A DNA stretch of 64,000 nt from Octopus vulgaris (lineage: Eukaryota). The translations under genes and the position numbers were made by a program. Below are positions 11,507-25,268 of the stretch, one piece after another (within the stretch, counting starts at the first letter, position 1; each line of letters starts with the position of its first letter). The DNA lies in assembly GCA_951406725.2 (NCBI GenBank), contig OX597823.1, positions 21,762,001 to 21,826,000 on the forward strand, in the 5' to 3' direction. The notes under the pieces are model-generated. The model did not search any database, was not told the origin of the DNA, and saw nothing but the letters and a program-made list of their open reading frames with translations.

Positions 11507-11724
11507 CAGTAGTTTTGCTCATGGACACCTTTGGTTCCTCTTTTACTTTCGCTGGACTCACGTTTAAAGAATCTTATTGTGTCTCTATAATTGAATATTA
11601 TTAGGAATTACATTTAAAAAATTAAGATATTTTGTGTATCGTAGAAGTATAACCAATTTATTGCAGATAAATTTGAACAAAATGGACCTCCAAGGGTCAT
11701 GTGGACCCCGGCTGAGAACCACTG
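11507..11724. mobile_element. hAT/Charlie-type MITE, degraded
   Basis: cagtagttt ... ggctgagaaccactg termini; 8-bp flanks gtttagag / gtctagac fit the Charlie NTCTAGAN target. Confidence 0.6.
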
Positions 11725-12799
11725 GTCTAGACAATCCCCGAAGAGTACCCAGTTCGCAACTCGGTTTTGGTTCTTAAATAAGTAGTGCCCTTGAGAAAGG
11801 CATAAATGTCACAGGATGTCAGTTCTGATTCTCTCGAACATCTGTGGCCTTGTGCCAAAGTATGAAACCGTTTAAATAGCATGACTCTTCCTTTCTTCCA
11901 TCAGTGAACTGTGTCTTTACATAGTTCCTGATTTGGCATTTCCAGAGTTAAGTATCTAAGTCGTACACACAGGTGACAGGATGCGATGCACTGTCCCTTC
12001 CGCTGAGGCGCCCCACCACCATTACCATTAGCAATGCATCCAATGTATCAAATTTAATCCACAGACTACATTTTTTTCTTTTCTCTGTCTTTTTTCCCCA
12101 CTTTATCATTTGTTTGCCAATCTCTCTCTCTCTAATTAGCTTGCTTATGACTTTGCAATGTACTTCGTACTCTGATTATAAATTAAACTGGACTATTTGT
12201 CTAACTAGCTATCTTTATAGATCAGGCTTACAGTTAGTTAGGTACGTAACTAACTTTCTTTCAACTCAATTTACGCCCTCCTTCTCTCTCTTTCTCTCCT
12301 CTCTTCTTATTACTTCGATCTGTTTTCTCATCAAAGATCAATGAACCGTATTTCACTATTCTCATCTCCCGACTGTTTCCTTGTGATTTGAACGAATCCA
12401 ATAATTGCAAATATTGCTTGAACAAACAGTCCTTATAGCCATATCTATTGAGTGTGTAGGTTTTTTTTGGTTAAAATATTACGTTAGATTGTTTTCCTGG
12501 AATAAATAAAGGATTAAAAATTATTACTCATATTTATTTTCCCAAAGTGATTTATTTCTTAAACCAGATGACCTCATAGGTCGTTAATTATTATTTTAAT
12601 GAATTGCTTTTCTTCCCACCCACCCTGTCTACTAATTTTGATATTTGGGTTATGAGTTCACGGTAATAGAATAAAAATGGAAAGAAAATAAACTGAGGTC
12701 TTCAGAGTGAAGATTTCATTAATTTATAAGTTCACATTGATCACATCACGCGCGTAGTGATATGATACTAAACTGTGACGATGAAGTAGTTCGTTTAGC

Positions 12800-13720
12800 G
12801 AGAAGTGGCCAGAAGACAGAGAGATAAGAATGAGTGATAAAAAAAAAGAAAACATGAGTGAAAGAGTGAAAAGAAAGAGGACAGCTGAATAGAGAAAGAG
12901 AATGTAAGAGATTGAAAATAAAGTAGAAAAGCAAGTAGTTGAAAATAGTTAGAAAAAAGACTGAATGGAATATGAAATGGAGTTAACGACGAAAAGAGAA
13001 AAAAAAATGTGACTTTAGAGAGAGAGGAACAAAACGATATCTACAAAAGACAGATAGTACCTGAGTGTAACTCAGACACTCTACCACTCTTGTTTTAGAG
13101 AGTGGTAGAATAGAAGGGCGATGGAGTTAGGTTGATGAAAAAGAAAGTAAGATATAAGTAAAGTGACTCGAAAGAGAAATATATATATATATAGAGAGAG
13201 AGAGATATATAGAGAGGGGGGAATATGAGGTCGAGCAGAAATATATAGTGTGACTTTGAAAGAGAGGCAATATACAATGAGTGAATCATAAATGTATAGA
13301 GATAGAGAGAGAGAAAGACAGTGAGGGTATGAGGTGGAGAGATAGAAAGAAAGAGACATACAGTGAAAAAAAGTGGAAAGGAGAGAGAGAGTGAGAGTAT
13401 AAGTCTATTCAGAGAGGTAGAAAAGAGGAGATATAGAACAAGAGAGAAAAAGTGAGTATGAGGTAAAGCAGAGCGGTGCTCAGTAATAGAGGGTGAGAGT
13501 ATGAGATAAAGTAGAGAGTGAGAACGAAGGAGATATAGAAAGATAGAGAGAAAGTCAAGACGAGAGTGATAGTATGAGATGTAATATAGAGATAGAGAAC
13601 GAGAGTATGATGTATAGCAGAGAGTAAGTAAAGAAGGCGATATAGAAAGAAAGAGAAAGCTAAGTGAGAGGGGAAAATTAGAAAGGTAGAAAGAAGGAGA
13701 TATAGAAAGATAAAGAGAGA
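12800..13720. repeat. Purine-rich (GA) low-complexity tract
   Basis: Degenerate gagagagtgagagtatgag / gaaggagatatagaaaga units. Confidence 0.7.
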
Positions 13721-13734
13721 GGAGCTACTACTGC

Positions 13735-13994
13735 GTAGAGACGAGGCTTTACGACCATCACCCGTTCTTCGCTAGGTTTGTATGGGGCTTTTTACTTGTG
13801 TCTTTAAACAGGCTTTTCCCTTCTATCTGTGTGTGTGCTGCCGCCATCGGGACATTTTTTACCACCAGTGATAATTAAATACGAGGTCGAAGTCGAGTGA
13901 AAGGCCATCCGAAATACTGTCGACACACAGGGACCGTTTAAAACCCACTTATATAGAGAGAGTTAAGCTAACAAAATACACAAAAAAGTTAAAG
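13735..13994 (+). other. Candidate non-coding first exon of a plus-strand gene (5' boundary approximate)
   Basis: CpG-rich unique sequence ending in a strong donor AAG|GTAAGG (GT at 13995); no long ORF. Confidence 0.5.
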
Positions 13995-14025
13995 GTAAGG
14001 AGCCACAATATATAGGATGGCGGCC
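13840..14025. promoter_or_regulatory. Two YY1-like motifs near the candidate TSS
   Basis: gccgccatc at 13840-13848 and ggatggcggcc at 14015-14025 (core ATGGCGG). Confidence 0.4.
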
Positions 14026-14388
14026 GTTGTTTGTATGAACATGAATATACGGATATATATATGGATATATATACACATATATATATGGATATATATACAT
14101 ATATATAAAATAACTTACTATGTATTAAGGGAACGTTATTCTGTCATTCATCTATCTATCTGTCTTTCTATCTATCTATCTATATATATAAACGACAAAT
14201 GTATGTATGTAGATATTGTGTATATTTTAATATGTATATGTAATTTATCAGTACCTAATTTATCTGTGTGTGATAACAGAGGGAGGATGTTTTAAATGTG
14301 TATGAAGATCTAACGGAAGGGTATCTATCTATGTACCTATCTATCTATCTATCTATCTATAAATAGTCGTTCAAAGAAGGGCGTGTTT

Positions 14389-14427
<39 letters not shown>

Positions 14428-14439
14428 CGTAGATAATGC

Positions 14440-14473
<34 letters not shown>

Positions 14474-15158
14474 CATGGATGAGTTCCCTGTGTATAATTA
14501 TGATCTGGCGGAAGAGTAGGTTAAGACAAGAGGAGGGAGTCTTTTTATATATATTTTTTTCTTCTTCCACCATCTAATCTAACACAATTCATTGTCCACT
14601 CGTTGATTTAATAATAATTTACACACATCTGAGTGAGTGAGTGAGTGTGTATACACACACACATTTAAATATCTACATCTGATTGTGTATATATTTATTT
14701 ATTTGTATGTATGTATGTATGTATATTTCCTCCCTCCCCTTGAGACTGCTGCTGTACTCATACTTGCTTTACACTGTCACTCTCTTTCTCTCTCTCTCTC
14801 TAACCTACCCCTCTTTTTCTCCTGTCTATCCTCTCTCTCCCTCGCTCTATCTCTCTAACCTGCCTCTCTTTTTCTCTTGTCTATCCTACCCCCTCTGTTT
14901 CTCTCTATCTTATCCCTCTCTCTCGCTCTATCCTACCCCCTCTCTTTCTCTCTAGCTTATTTCTCCTGTCTTTCTCTTTATCCTATTTATTAACTCTTTC
15001 TTCGTCACTGTGATACACACACACTTTGTCTCTCTCTTTCATAGCATTTCCCTATTCTCACCACTTCCAACTTGCCACATAAACCAGACCCCTACAAAAA
15101 TTCCAGCCAACAGCACTATATATAATTGTCATTAATAATTATTATAAATATGTCGATA

Positions 15159-15247
<89 letters not shown>

Positions 15248-15660
15248 GATCTTCCCACCTCCGTGCAGCAGCAGTATCAACAAGAGAAGAAACAGCCTAC
15301 CACTGCCATCACTTTCTTTAACCACTCTCTACCATCTATCCAAAATGTCTATATTTCCTGTTCGAACCGTCTCCTCTCTCTCTCCCCATTGCTATTTTCT
15401 ACTAAGAGACTTCACTATAACATTTATCTTTCTTTGTGGCCATTTTGTGTGTTAGTATGTATGTAGAATATTGTGTATATGTCGTGTCAATCAATCGCCT
15501 TTCTACCATCAAGTCTGAAACCATATATATATACATATATATATTGAGTCTTCTTCAAATATCTTAATTCGATTCATTCAATCTGCCTTTTTGTCTGTCT
15601 TGATTCTTCTTTTGTGTGAAGACAGTTGAGAAAGTGTTTCTATTTAAAAGGTTTGTGTAT

Positions 15661-15692
<32 letters not shown>

Positions 15693-18041
15693 TATCGTGT
15701 GTTAAATAGATACAAGTGCGTTTTGAGTTTATACATGGTACTCTCTCATTCTGTCAGATGTCCTCATAAAAACTCCGTCCCGTGCCTATGTATATATATA
15801 TATTGTGTATCTCATTAGGACATTCTCTATGTACGTAACAAATAAAACATCAGTTATATTGATGGGTGATTGGCTGTTATACACACACACACACATGTTT
15901 GATTTAATAGATATGCCAGTAATTCTGTATGTGGATGTGTGTGTATTTATTTATTCACTACCAGAGTAAGTTCAAATCAGAATGCGTATGTATAGTGGTG
16001 CGTGCGTGCGTGTGTTTGTTTGTTTGTCTGTCTGTCCTTCGTTTTAAATTGACTCTAGCTGTTGTTTCAGTGTCCTCAAATTGTCCACATCCCCACTCTT
16101 TCCTCTACTCTCTAGTTGGTCAAATTAGCACTTGATTAAATGACCTTATTATATCTGCTGTCTATCTATACAAGCCATGCACACACAGTCACATATATTA
16201 TGTAATATAGACGTGTATATTACTTATATTATTAAATGTGAGTGTGTGGAAGAACGAGATGAACACATGAACGACGGATAGTACATTTTCAATGTGTGGT
16301 CTCACTTCTCTCCCTCCCCCCCGCCTCTCTCTCTCTCTCTCTCTCCTATTAGCACTTTGATGTGCACATAAACGTTTGCATCACAGCTGCCACCTTGCAG
16401 CTATGATGCACCTTCATCTTAGAAAACATGAATTGTGTGTGTATGTATAACCTGTAGCTTTTGAGTCGTCTTCAGTCTCTTTCGCTCACTCTCTCTCCCC
16501 CTTCGCCCATGACATGTCGAATTTGCTCAAACATCCTCTCACTCATTCACTCTCTCTCTCTCTCTCTTTCTCTGCGCCCACCACTGTTCCGTTCCGTCTT
16601 CAGCCGATTCTCGTGATTACTCAGGGAGTTGGAAACACATACATATGTTGGGGGAAAAAAAAAAGGGGCCATATTTACACTTATTCATTTCTCTTGTTAA
16701 CTGCACACATACACACACACACACATGCACAATAGGCCTACTTTTATGTTCTTGTGGCATGGTGTCCTCCTGCTCTGCTTTTGCGACACAGGACATTACA
16801 CACCCACTAAACCACCTTATTAATGGCCCAAATTCTGGTCTTGCTCCTTTCATTTAGCTGCACACACACACACACACGTACACACAATCCACATTTTAAC
16901 ATTTAATCGAACCAAAAGCAAGATGCTATGTTGCCTGAGGCATGTTGGAGGAATAAACTGAATTAAAAGACCCCGTTTTTAGTGATGCCATAGTAATGGT
17001 GATGATTTCCTCGAGCTTGTTGCCCCACGCTCTTTCTTAACTGATTCGATGCTGCATTTAAAAAATTTTCTTGATTAAAAAATTTTTTTTTTTTCTTTAA
17101 ACATATGATGGCGCTATAATACATATTTCTTGATCTGCCACTTCCCCTGCTATGTCTGTACGTCTTGGGGTGGGGCGACTGGGGTAATTAGTAAGGAATG
17201 AGAGGTAGGGGAGTTATTCTCCCTCTCCGCCCTTTCATCATATGATTATTATTTTTATTATTATTATTACTACAATGATGATGGTTTATATTTTTTTCTC
17301 TACCAGCGAGACAACACCCCTCTTTATGTTTCCATACTTCCTCTTCCTTTCCTCACTCCAAATTCTTTCTAGGTCGGCAGATGCAGTTACACACACACAC
17401 ACACACAGTTATATATTATGGTGTAGACAACTTGGTTATAGTCACACCACCAACACTTAAAAAAGCTACACTCCATTTAGACAAAAACCTGTTTTTTTTT
17501 GGGGGGGTTTTTTTCCTCTTTCGTTTTAATTTTCTGCTGTTAACATATATTTGTTTTTTTTCTTAATTTCTTGAGTATGACTTTCCGAAGTCAACCCTGT
17601 GCTCGTGTGTGTGTGTAGGTCTAATCGAGTTCTTTAACCCGCCCCTTTTTCGACACAAATTATTTAAAATTGAAATGTGGATGTATATAACTGAGTTTTT
17701 TCCTGTGTATATAAATAGAATTGTATGTAAATATGTATTCAAGTATGTCTGCCAACGATTACATGCAATTTATGTATATATATATATATATGATAAACAC
17801 ATACGTATGCATATGTGTTCGTCCCTGAGATATGATCTTAATTCGTCTAAACTTGAGGTTTAATTCCCACAAAGTAATTTAGAAATAAATGGTATTATGT
17901 TTTTGATTGTATATCGAGAGTGCTGTTGTGTACTTTTTGCAATATATTTAATCATAATTTTTTTGTGTGGTGGTTATCTATCTTCATGTCGACCTTGGTC
18001 AAGCAGATATTGACCAAAATACATTCTACTAATGACTTTCG

Positions 18042-18109
<68 letters not shown>

Positions 18110-19557
18110 AGCGTGATCTAATATTATATCCACTGCAGTCGTAATTAACATTTTTAAGGCAGCAAGATATATAAATTAAGAGGAATTTAGCTGCTATTTC
18201 TAGCAGGTCAAATTACTACGTAAAGACTTTCTTGTTTGGGTGTGTAATATGTTTATATGTATGTACTTTTGTGTGCATGCGAGATCAACATGTGGCATTA
18301 TGTGGTTCTCCAGGTCTGTGTATTAATGAGCTTATGTGTATTCTTTAATGTGGATTATTATATCTTCGAAATACAATATATCTTCATTAATGTGGTATCT
18401 GCTACATGTGTGAATAGTGGATGCATCAAGTCTTTATAACCTTTGTGTTCAGATTCACATATTTACTTTGTGTATAATGTATGTATATATGTGTAGTCTA
18501 CATATAAATATATATATATACTCTCTTTAATGCACAAACACGTGTATTTATAAGAATGTCTCTTAGTGCTTGTGTATTTAGATATAATAATGTTTGTGTG
18601 TGACTAATATATTCATGTCATTATAGACAGATTTGTGTGTGTGTGGAGTCATGTATCGACAAATGTCTAATATATGCATGTGATTATCAATAGTCTGTGT
18701 GTGTGTGTGTGTGTGTATGTGAGTGTTAATAATGTGATGTATTTATAAGCCTGTATATGTAATGTGTGTGACATGTATATATATCGACAGGGTGTGTGTG
18801 TCTACGTAACCAGTTGTGCTGTTCAGCTTGCAGTGAAGTTAGTAGCCATATTGTATGTAATGTTTACTGCAACATTCTCTCTCTTTCTCTCCAGCTGGGA
18901 CCTCCTTCTCCGTCTCAACCGCCACCATCACTCTCCTTCTCATATTTCCCCCACCCCGTTTTTATTTTTTATTATTTTTATTTTATTAATATTTTTGTCT
19001 TCTCTTATACACTCTCACGCAACACTTATATTACATACTGGACATGTTTGTTATGTAAATTGTACTTACTGTGATTATATATATATATACTTATGTTGTA
19101 TATACGAAATGGCTGTGTTTATAGATTTCTATAAAACCTTACTATGTGGAATGGTTATATACACATTCCGTGTGTTTGATATATAGATATGTATATATAA
19201 AAGTGGAAAATACAGATGTGATTTTTATGACGCTCGTATTTCATATGTATTGGTGTGTCTTGGAAGAGTCGTTACGCCAATATTAATAACACGCACTGGT
19301 TATTTATCCAAATTTGTTTCAACACACAAATTCACTTAAAGAATCCTGCAAACCAAATATAAAGGAGAAGTCCATACCCTGTGTGTGTGTATAAGATGTA
19401 TGTATGGGATTAATCTCTCTCTATATAGTATCGCGATGATGTGTGATCTGCTGTTTAAAATGTATATGAAATATAATGTAATATGTGTGATTTCGGCGAA
19501 CGTTAGTGAAATGTGATATATAAATAATTCAACGTGTTGTAAATGGTGAAATGTATG

Positions 19558-19615
19558 CGTTACGTGAAATATATGCTGTGTTGTATACACAACACAGCAT
19601 ATATTTCACGTAACG
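19558..19615. repeat. Perfect 27-bp-arm inverted repeat
   Basis: cgttacgtgaaatatatgctgtgttgt-atac-acaacacagcatatatttcacgtaacg. Confidence 0.95.
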
Positions 19616-19879
19616 TTCGTTCTCTTGCTTTGAAAACAGGTTGTCGAGATTTCGTTAGATAAAATTCTTCATTTTGTCATTTTATGTATATTAGCAAGAA
19701 CTTCGCTGTATGATTTTTGTCGATGCATACGAAGTATAGAGCTCAGTTATATTAACATATACAACAAGCAAAAAAACAAAATATAATCGTCGTCTCCAAA
19801 TTGTACTCTGGGTTGAGTAATATGGCGGTGGTAGTAATCACAGTAGCCTAGCACATTTATACAGTTTGAAGAAGTTGAT

Positions 19880-22800
19880 GGAACAATCTTAGCTTATTTA
19901 AACGGATTTAGGGGTGGTAGCAGAATCTTAGCTTATTCAGACGGTTTCAAGGGGCGTTAGTGGCAGAATCCTAGTTTATTTACACGGTTTTAGAGGCTGG
20001 TGGCAGAATCCTAGTTTACTTACACGGTTTTAGAGGCTGGTCGCAGAATCCTAGTTTATTTACACGGTTTTAGAGGCTGGTGGCAGAATCCTAGTTTATT
20101 TACACGGTTTTAGAGGCTGGTCGCAGAATCCTAGTTTATTTACACGGTTTTAGAGGCTGGTGGCAGAATCCTAGTTTATTAAACACGGTTTTAGAGGCTG
20201 GTGGCAGAATCCTAGTTTATTTACACGGTTTTAGAGGCTGGTGGCAGAATCCTAGTTTATTTACACGGTTTAGAGGCTGGTGGCAGAATCCTAGTTTATT
20301 AAACACGGTTTTAGAGGCTGGTGGCAGAACCCTAGTTTATTTACACGGTTTTAGAGGCTGGTGGTAGAATCCTAGTTTATTTACACGGTTTTAGAGGTTG
20401 GTTGCAGAATCCTAGTTTATTTACACGGTTTTAGAGGCTGGTGGTAGAATCCTAGTTTATTTACACGGTTTTAGAGGCTGGTGGCAGAACCCTAGTTTAT
20501 TTACACGGTTTTATAGGCTGGTGGCAGACGAATCCTAGTTTATTTACACGGTTTTAGAGGCTGGTGGCAGAATCCTAGTTTATTTACACGGTTTTAGAGG
20601 CTGGTGGCAGAATCCTAGTTTATTTACACTTTTAGAGGCTGGTGTCAGAATCCTAGTTTATTTACACGGTTTTAGAGGCTGGTCGCAGAATCCTAGTTTA
20701 TTTACACGGTTTTAGAGGCTGGTGGCAGAATCCTAGTTTATTTACACGGTTTTAGAGGCTGGTCGCAGAATCCTAGTTTATTTACACGGTTTTAGAGGCT
20801 GGTGGCAGAATCCTAGTTTATTAAACACGGTTTTAGAGGCTGGTGGCAGAATCCTAGTTTATTTACACGGTTTTAGAGGCTGGTGGCAGAATCCTAGTTT
20901 ATTTACACGGTTTAGAGGCTGGTGGCAGAATCCTAGTTTATTAAACACGGTTTTAGAGGCTGGTGGCAGAACCCTAGTTTATTTACACGGTTTTAGAGGC
21001 TGGTGGTAGAATCCTAGTTTATTTACACGGTTTTAGAGGTTGGTTGCAGAATCCTAGTTTATTTACACGGTTTTAGAGGCTGGCGGTAGAATCCTAGTTT
21101 ATTTACACGGTTTTAGAGGCTGGTGGCAGAATCCTAGTTTATTTACACGGTTTTATAGGCTGGTGGCAGAATCCTAGTTTATTTACACGGTTTTAGAGGC
21201 TGGTGGCAGAATCCTAGTTTATTTACACGGTTTTAGAGGCTGGTGGCAGAATCCTAGTTTATTTACACTGTTTTAGAGGCTGGTGTCAGAATCCTAGTTT
21301 ATTTACACGGTTTTAGAGGCTGGTGGCAGAATCCTAGTTTATTTACACGGTTTTAGAGGCTGGTGGCAGAATCCTAGTTTATTTACACTGTTTTAGAGGC
21401 TGGTGTCAGAATCCTAGTTTATTTACACGGTTTTAGAGGCTGGTGGCAGAATCCTAGTTTATTTACACGGTTTTAGAGGCTGGTGGCAGAATCCTAGTTT
21501 ATTTACACGGTTTTAGAGGCTGGTGGCAGAATCCTAGTTTATTTACACGGTTTTAGAGGCTGGTGGCAGAATCCTAGTTTATTTACACGGTTTTAGAGGC
21601 TGGTGGCAGAATCCTAGTTTATTTACACGGTTTTAGAGGCTGGTGGCAGAATCCTAGTTTATTTACACGGTTTTAGAAGCTGGTGGCAGAATCCTAGTTT
21701 ATTTACACGGTTTTAGAGGCTGGTGGCAGAATCCTAGTTTATTTACACGGTTTTAGAGGCTGGTGGAAGAATCCTAGTTTATTTACACGGTTTTAGAGGC
21801 TGGTGGCAGAATCCTAGTTTATTTACACGGTTTTAGAGGCTGGTGGCAGAATCCTAGTTTATTTACACGGTTTTAGAGGCTGGTGGAAGAATCCTAGTTT
21901 ATTTACACGGTTTTAGAGGCTGGTGGCAGAATCCTAGTTTATTTACACGGTTTTAGAGGCTGGTGGCAGAATCCTAGTTTATTTACACGGTTTTAGAGGC
22001 TGGTGGCAGAATCCTAGTTTATTTACACGGTTTTAGAGGCTGGTGGCAGAATCCTAGTTTATTTACACGGTTTTAGAAGCTGGTGGCAGAATCCTAGTTT
22101 ATTTACACGGTTTTAGAGGCTGGTGGCAGAATCCTAGTTTATTTACACGGTTTTAGAGGCTGGTGGAAGAATCCTAGTTTATTTACACGGTTTTAGAGGC
22201 TGGTGGCAGAATCCTAGTTTATTTACACGGTTTTAGAGGCTGGTGGCAGAATCCTAGTTTATTTACACGGTTTTAGAGGCTGGTGGCAGAATCCTAGTTT
22301 ATTTACACGGTTTTAGAGGCTGGTGGCAGAATCCTAGTTTATTTACACGGTTTTAGAGGCTGGTGGCAGAATCCTAGTTTATTTACACGGTTTTAGAAGC
22401 TGGTGGCAGAATCCTAGTTTATTTACACGGTTTTAGAGGCTGGTGGCAGAATCCTAGTTTATTTACACGGTTTTAGAGGCTGGTGGCAGAATCCTAGTTT
22501 ATTTACACGGTTTTAGAAGCTGGTGGCAGAATCCTAGTTTATTTACACGGTTTTAGAGGCTGGTGGCAGAATCCTAGTTTATTTACACGGTTTTAGAGGC
22601 TGGTGGAAGAATCCTAGTTTATTTACACGGTTTTAGAGGCTGGTGGCAGAATCCTAGTTTATTTACACGGTTTTAGAAGCTGGTGGCAGAATCCTAGTTT
22701 ATTTACACGGTTTTAGAGGCTGGTGTCAGAATCCTAGTTTATTTACACGGTTTTAGAGGCTGGTGGAAGAATCCTAGTTTATTTACACGGTTTTAGAGGC

Positions 22801-22925
22801 TGGTGGCAGAATCCTAGTTTATTTACACGGTTTTAGAGGCAGAATCCTAGTTTATTTACATGGTTTTAGAGGCAGAATCCTAGTTTATTTACACGGTTTC
22901 AAGGGAAGAATCCCTGTTTATTTAT
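19880..22925. repeat. 40-bp minisatellite, roughly 73-75 units
   Basis: Unit gcagaatcctagtttatttacacggttttagaggctggtg repeated head-to-tail, with diverged units at both edges. Confidence 0.98.
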
Positions 22926-23716
22926 TTGGTGTTAATGGAGTGTATTGGTTAAGTAAGCTCTCGTTTTATTTGCTCTTTCCTCACCCATTCTTCAAGTGTC
23001 TCCATCCCCACCCGCGCACCTCTTCGTTTTATTACAAATATTCCTTCCATCATTATTGCTTGTTGCTTCTTACCTCTCTCCCTATCGATCAATCTCTGTA
23101 TCTACATAGCTGTTACTTCCCTCCCTCTCAACATGCTTCGCTGTTTCTTGTTTCACCATCTTATCTAGATTATTCCATTCGCCAAAAAAGAAAGAAAGGA
23201 AAGAAAAAAAATAAAATCCTGACACTAGCGACAAAAGTTCAGCTTGTCGTTCCTGACAAGATCGCCTCCCTTGTCTTCTCTTTCCCCCCTCCCGTTTCTC
23301 CCATGTTCTTCTTTTCTCGCTTCGTGATCGAATCTCACAAAAGGTGGGTGTGGTGGTGGAGGAAATGATGGTATGTTGTATGTATTTGTCGAAAACAGGT
23401 TTACACACACACACACATACACGCACGCACACACGCACACACGTTTTTTACGCAGGACATAAATACGTCGAATTTATTCGATATCGCCAGAGTTAATTGT
23501 ATTCATACATACTTCCTCAAGAATTAAATGGCGTGATTTGTATGTGTGTGTGTGTGTGTGTGTATTTGTCATCGTGGTTGGAATGTCTCATACGTATATC
23601 AATCACTCGAGCTATCGTTAACAGGGTAGCGGAGGGGTGGGTGTTGTTTTTAGTAATGGTGGACTGTAGGTCCAGCTTTATATAGCACGAGTACAACATT
23701 TTTTTCTTTTTTTGTT

Positions 23717-23849
23717 ATGATGTTGGCTCACTCCCTTCTGTCGCACACACTCACCCCCTTTCGGCTCCAGCACCAGTACCACCGTCGCTGGAACTGCAGT
23801 GACGGCTGCACCCGTCAGGCAGCCCACCCTTTCATGTATCATCCAGCAC
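23717..23849 (+). other. Candidate exon (alternative first exon, or 79-nt internal exon 23771-23849)
   Basis: GC-rich unique island; strong donor CAC|GTGAGT at 23850; pyrimidine-rich acceptor ...cccctttcggctccAG at 23770; ATG at 23717 is open to the donor. Confidence 0.35.
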
Positions 23850-24135
23850 GTGAGTTGCACTTGTCATTCCAGTAAAACTGTCAACAACACGAAAATAGCT
23901 AAACTTACAGGAAGTAGGGTGAGGGGTATATTCTCTCTCCCATTTAAACCTCTTGTTGCTTGTTTGTGGTGGGCGTGTTGTGACACTGGTTTGATATAGA
24001 CGTCTATACTCCTCCGAAATGTTTCGCCTTATCCGCGAGTTGAAATCGTTCTTCTCTCTTATATTCATTGTACCATTCCCGCTCGAGGTTGATTTAATTA
24101 ACTCTCTCTCCAAATGAGTATAGATATGTATATTT

Positions 24136-24369
24136 ATTTCTTTATTGCCAACAGGGAGCTAAACATAGAGGGGGACAAACAAGGACGGACAAAGGGATTA
24201 TTAAGTCGATTACATAGACCCCCCAATGTTCATCTGGTACTTATTTAATCGACTCCAAAAAAAATCAAAGGCAAAGTCGACCTCGGCGGAATTTGAACTC
24301 AGAAAGTAACGGCAGACGTAATACCGCTGAGCATTTCGCTCGGCGTGCTAACGATTCTGCCAGCTCGCC
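24136..24369 (-). mobile_element. tRNA-derived SINE family C
   Basis: Minus strand ggcgagctggcagaatcgttagcacgcc...gagttcaaattccgccgaggtcgactttgccttt...; homologous to 32432-32658. Confidence 0.85.
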
Positions 24370-24943
24370 ACCCTAATAGTTAGATATGGTCAGTCGATGG
24401 GGGTTACCCTGGATTTCACATCCATCGTTTCTTCAAACCCTGAAATCCGTTGGCCTATATAACCTCTCTAGAAAATGGACCTTCATGTTAGTGGTTGTTT
24501 ACGTTCAGCGTTCAAATCTTTTCGGGAACAAGTATTAAGGGTGTGTTTAATCGACCACAAAATTTGTGGCTTGTGTCGTCAGATTATACGCCATCGAAGA
24601 TTGGGCTTTTGCAGTTTTTCTGATCCCCATCACAACGACACAGATGTAAATAATAGGAATTGCCTTTTATACTGCTAGAATAAGGTTTTGCGAATTAAAG
24701 ATTTCAAACATTTTAGCACAACAATCGAGAAATTGATCGTGTTTAGCCAAGGCTCTCAACCCTGTGGAAGAGCAGACCTGTGACTGCCATTCCTAGCAGG
24801 CTGAATGACCACATAGAAGCTTTCGGTAACTCAATATTATTGTGATGTGACGAATCTTGCAGTATTGCATTATATATTGTTTTCCTTTGTGTGTGTATGT
24901 ATGTCTGTGTACATGCGCACGCGTATGTGTGTGTGTGTGTATG

Positions 24944-24991
<48 letters not shown>

Positions 24992-25079
24992 CAGTTTTAG
25001 TGCAAATGCAGCATATAAACAGTGAAATATCGAAACCACCAGTGAAGTTCTACGTACGCGTGCGATGTGTGTGTGTGTG

Positions 25080-25121
<42 letters not shown>

Positions 25122-25232
25122 CAGTGGTTAAAAAAATTAACATAATTGGTCATATAACTTCAAATCATTCCCAGATATTCTCACTATAGAATATAAATAC
25201 ATTAAAACACCGAGGTCGAAGGTATAAAAATA

Positions 25233-25268
<36 letters not shown>

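Noticed and set aside
19880-22925. CRISPR array (unit contains GTTTTAGAG, like type II-A repeats)
   Set aside because: Units are contiguous with no unique spacers, there are no cas genes, and the context is eukaryotic; it is a minisatellite
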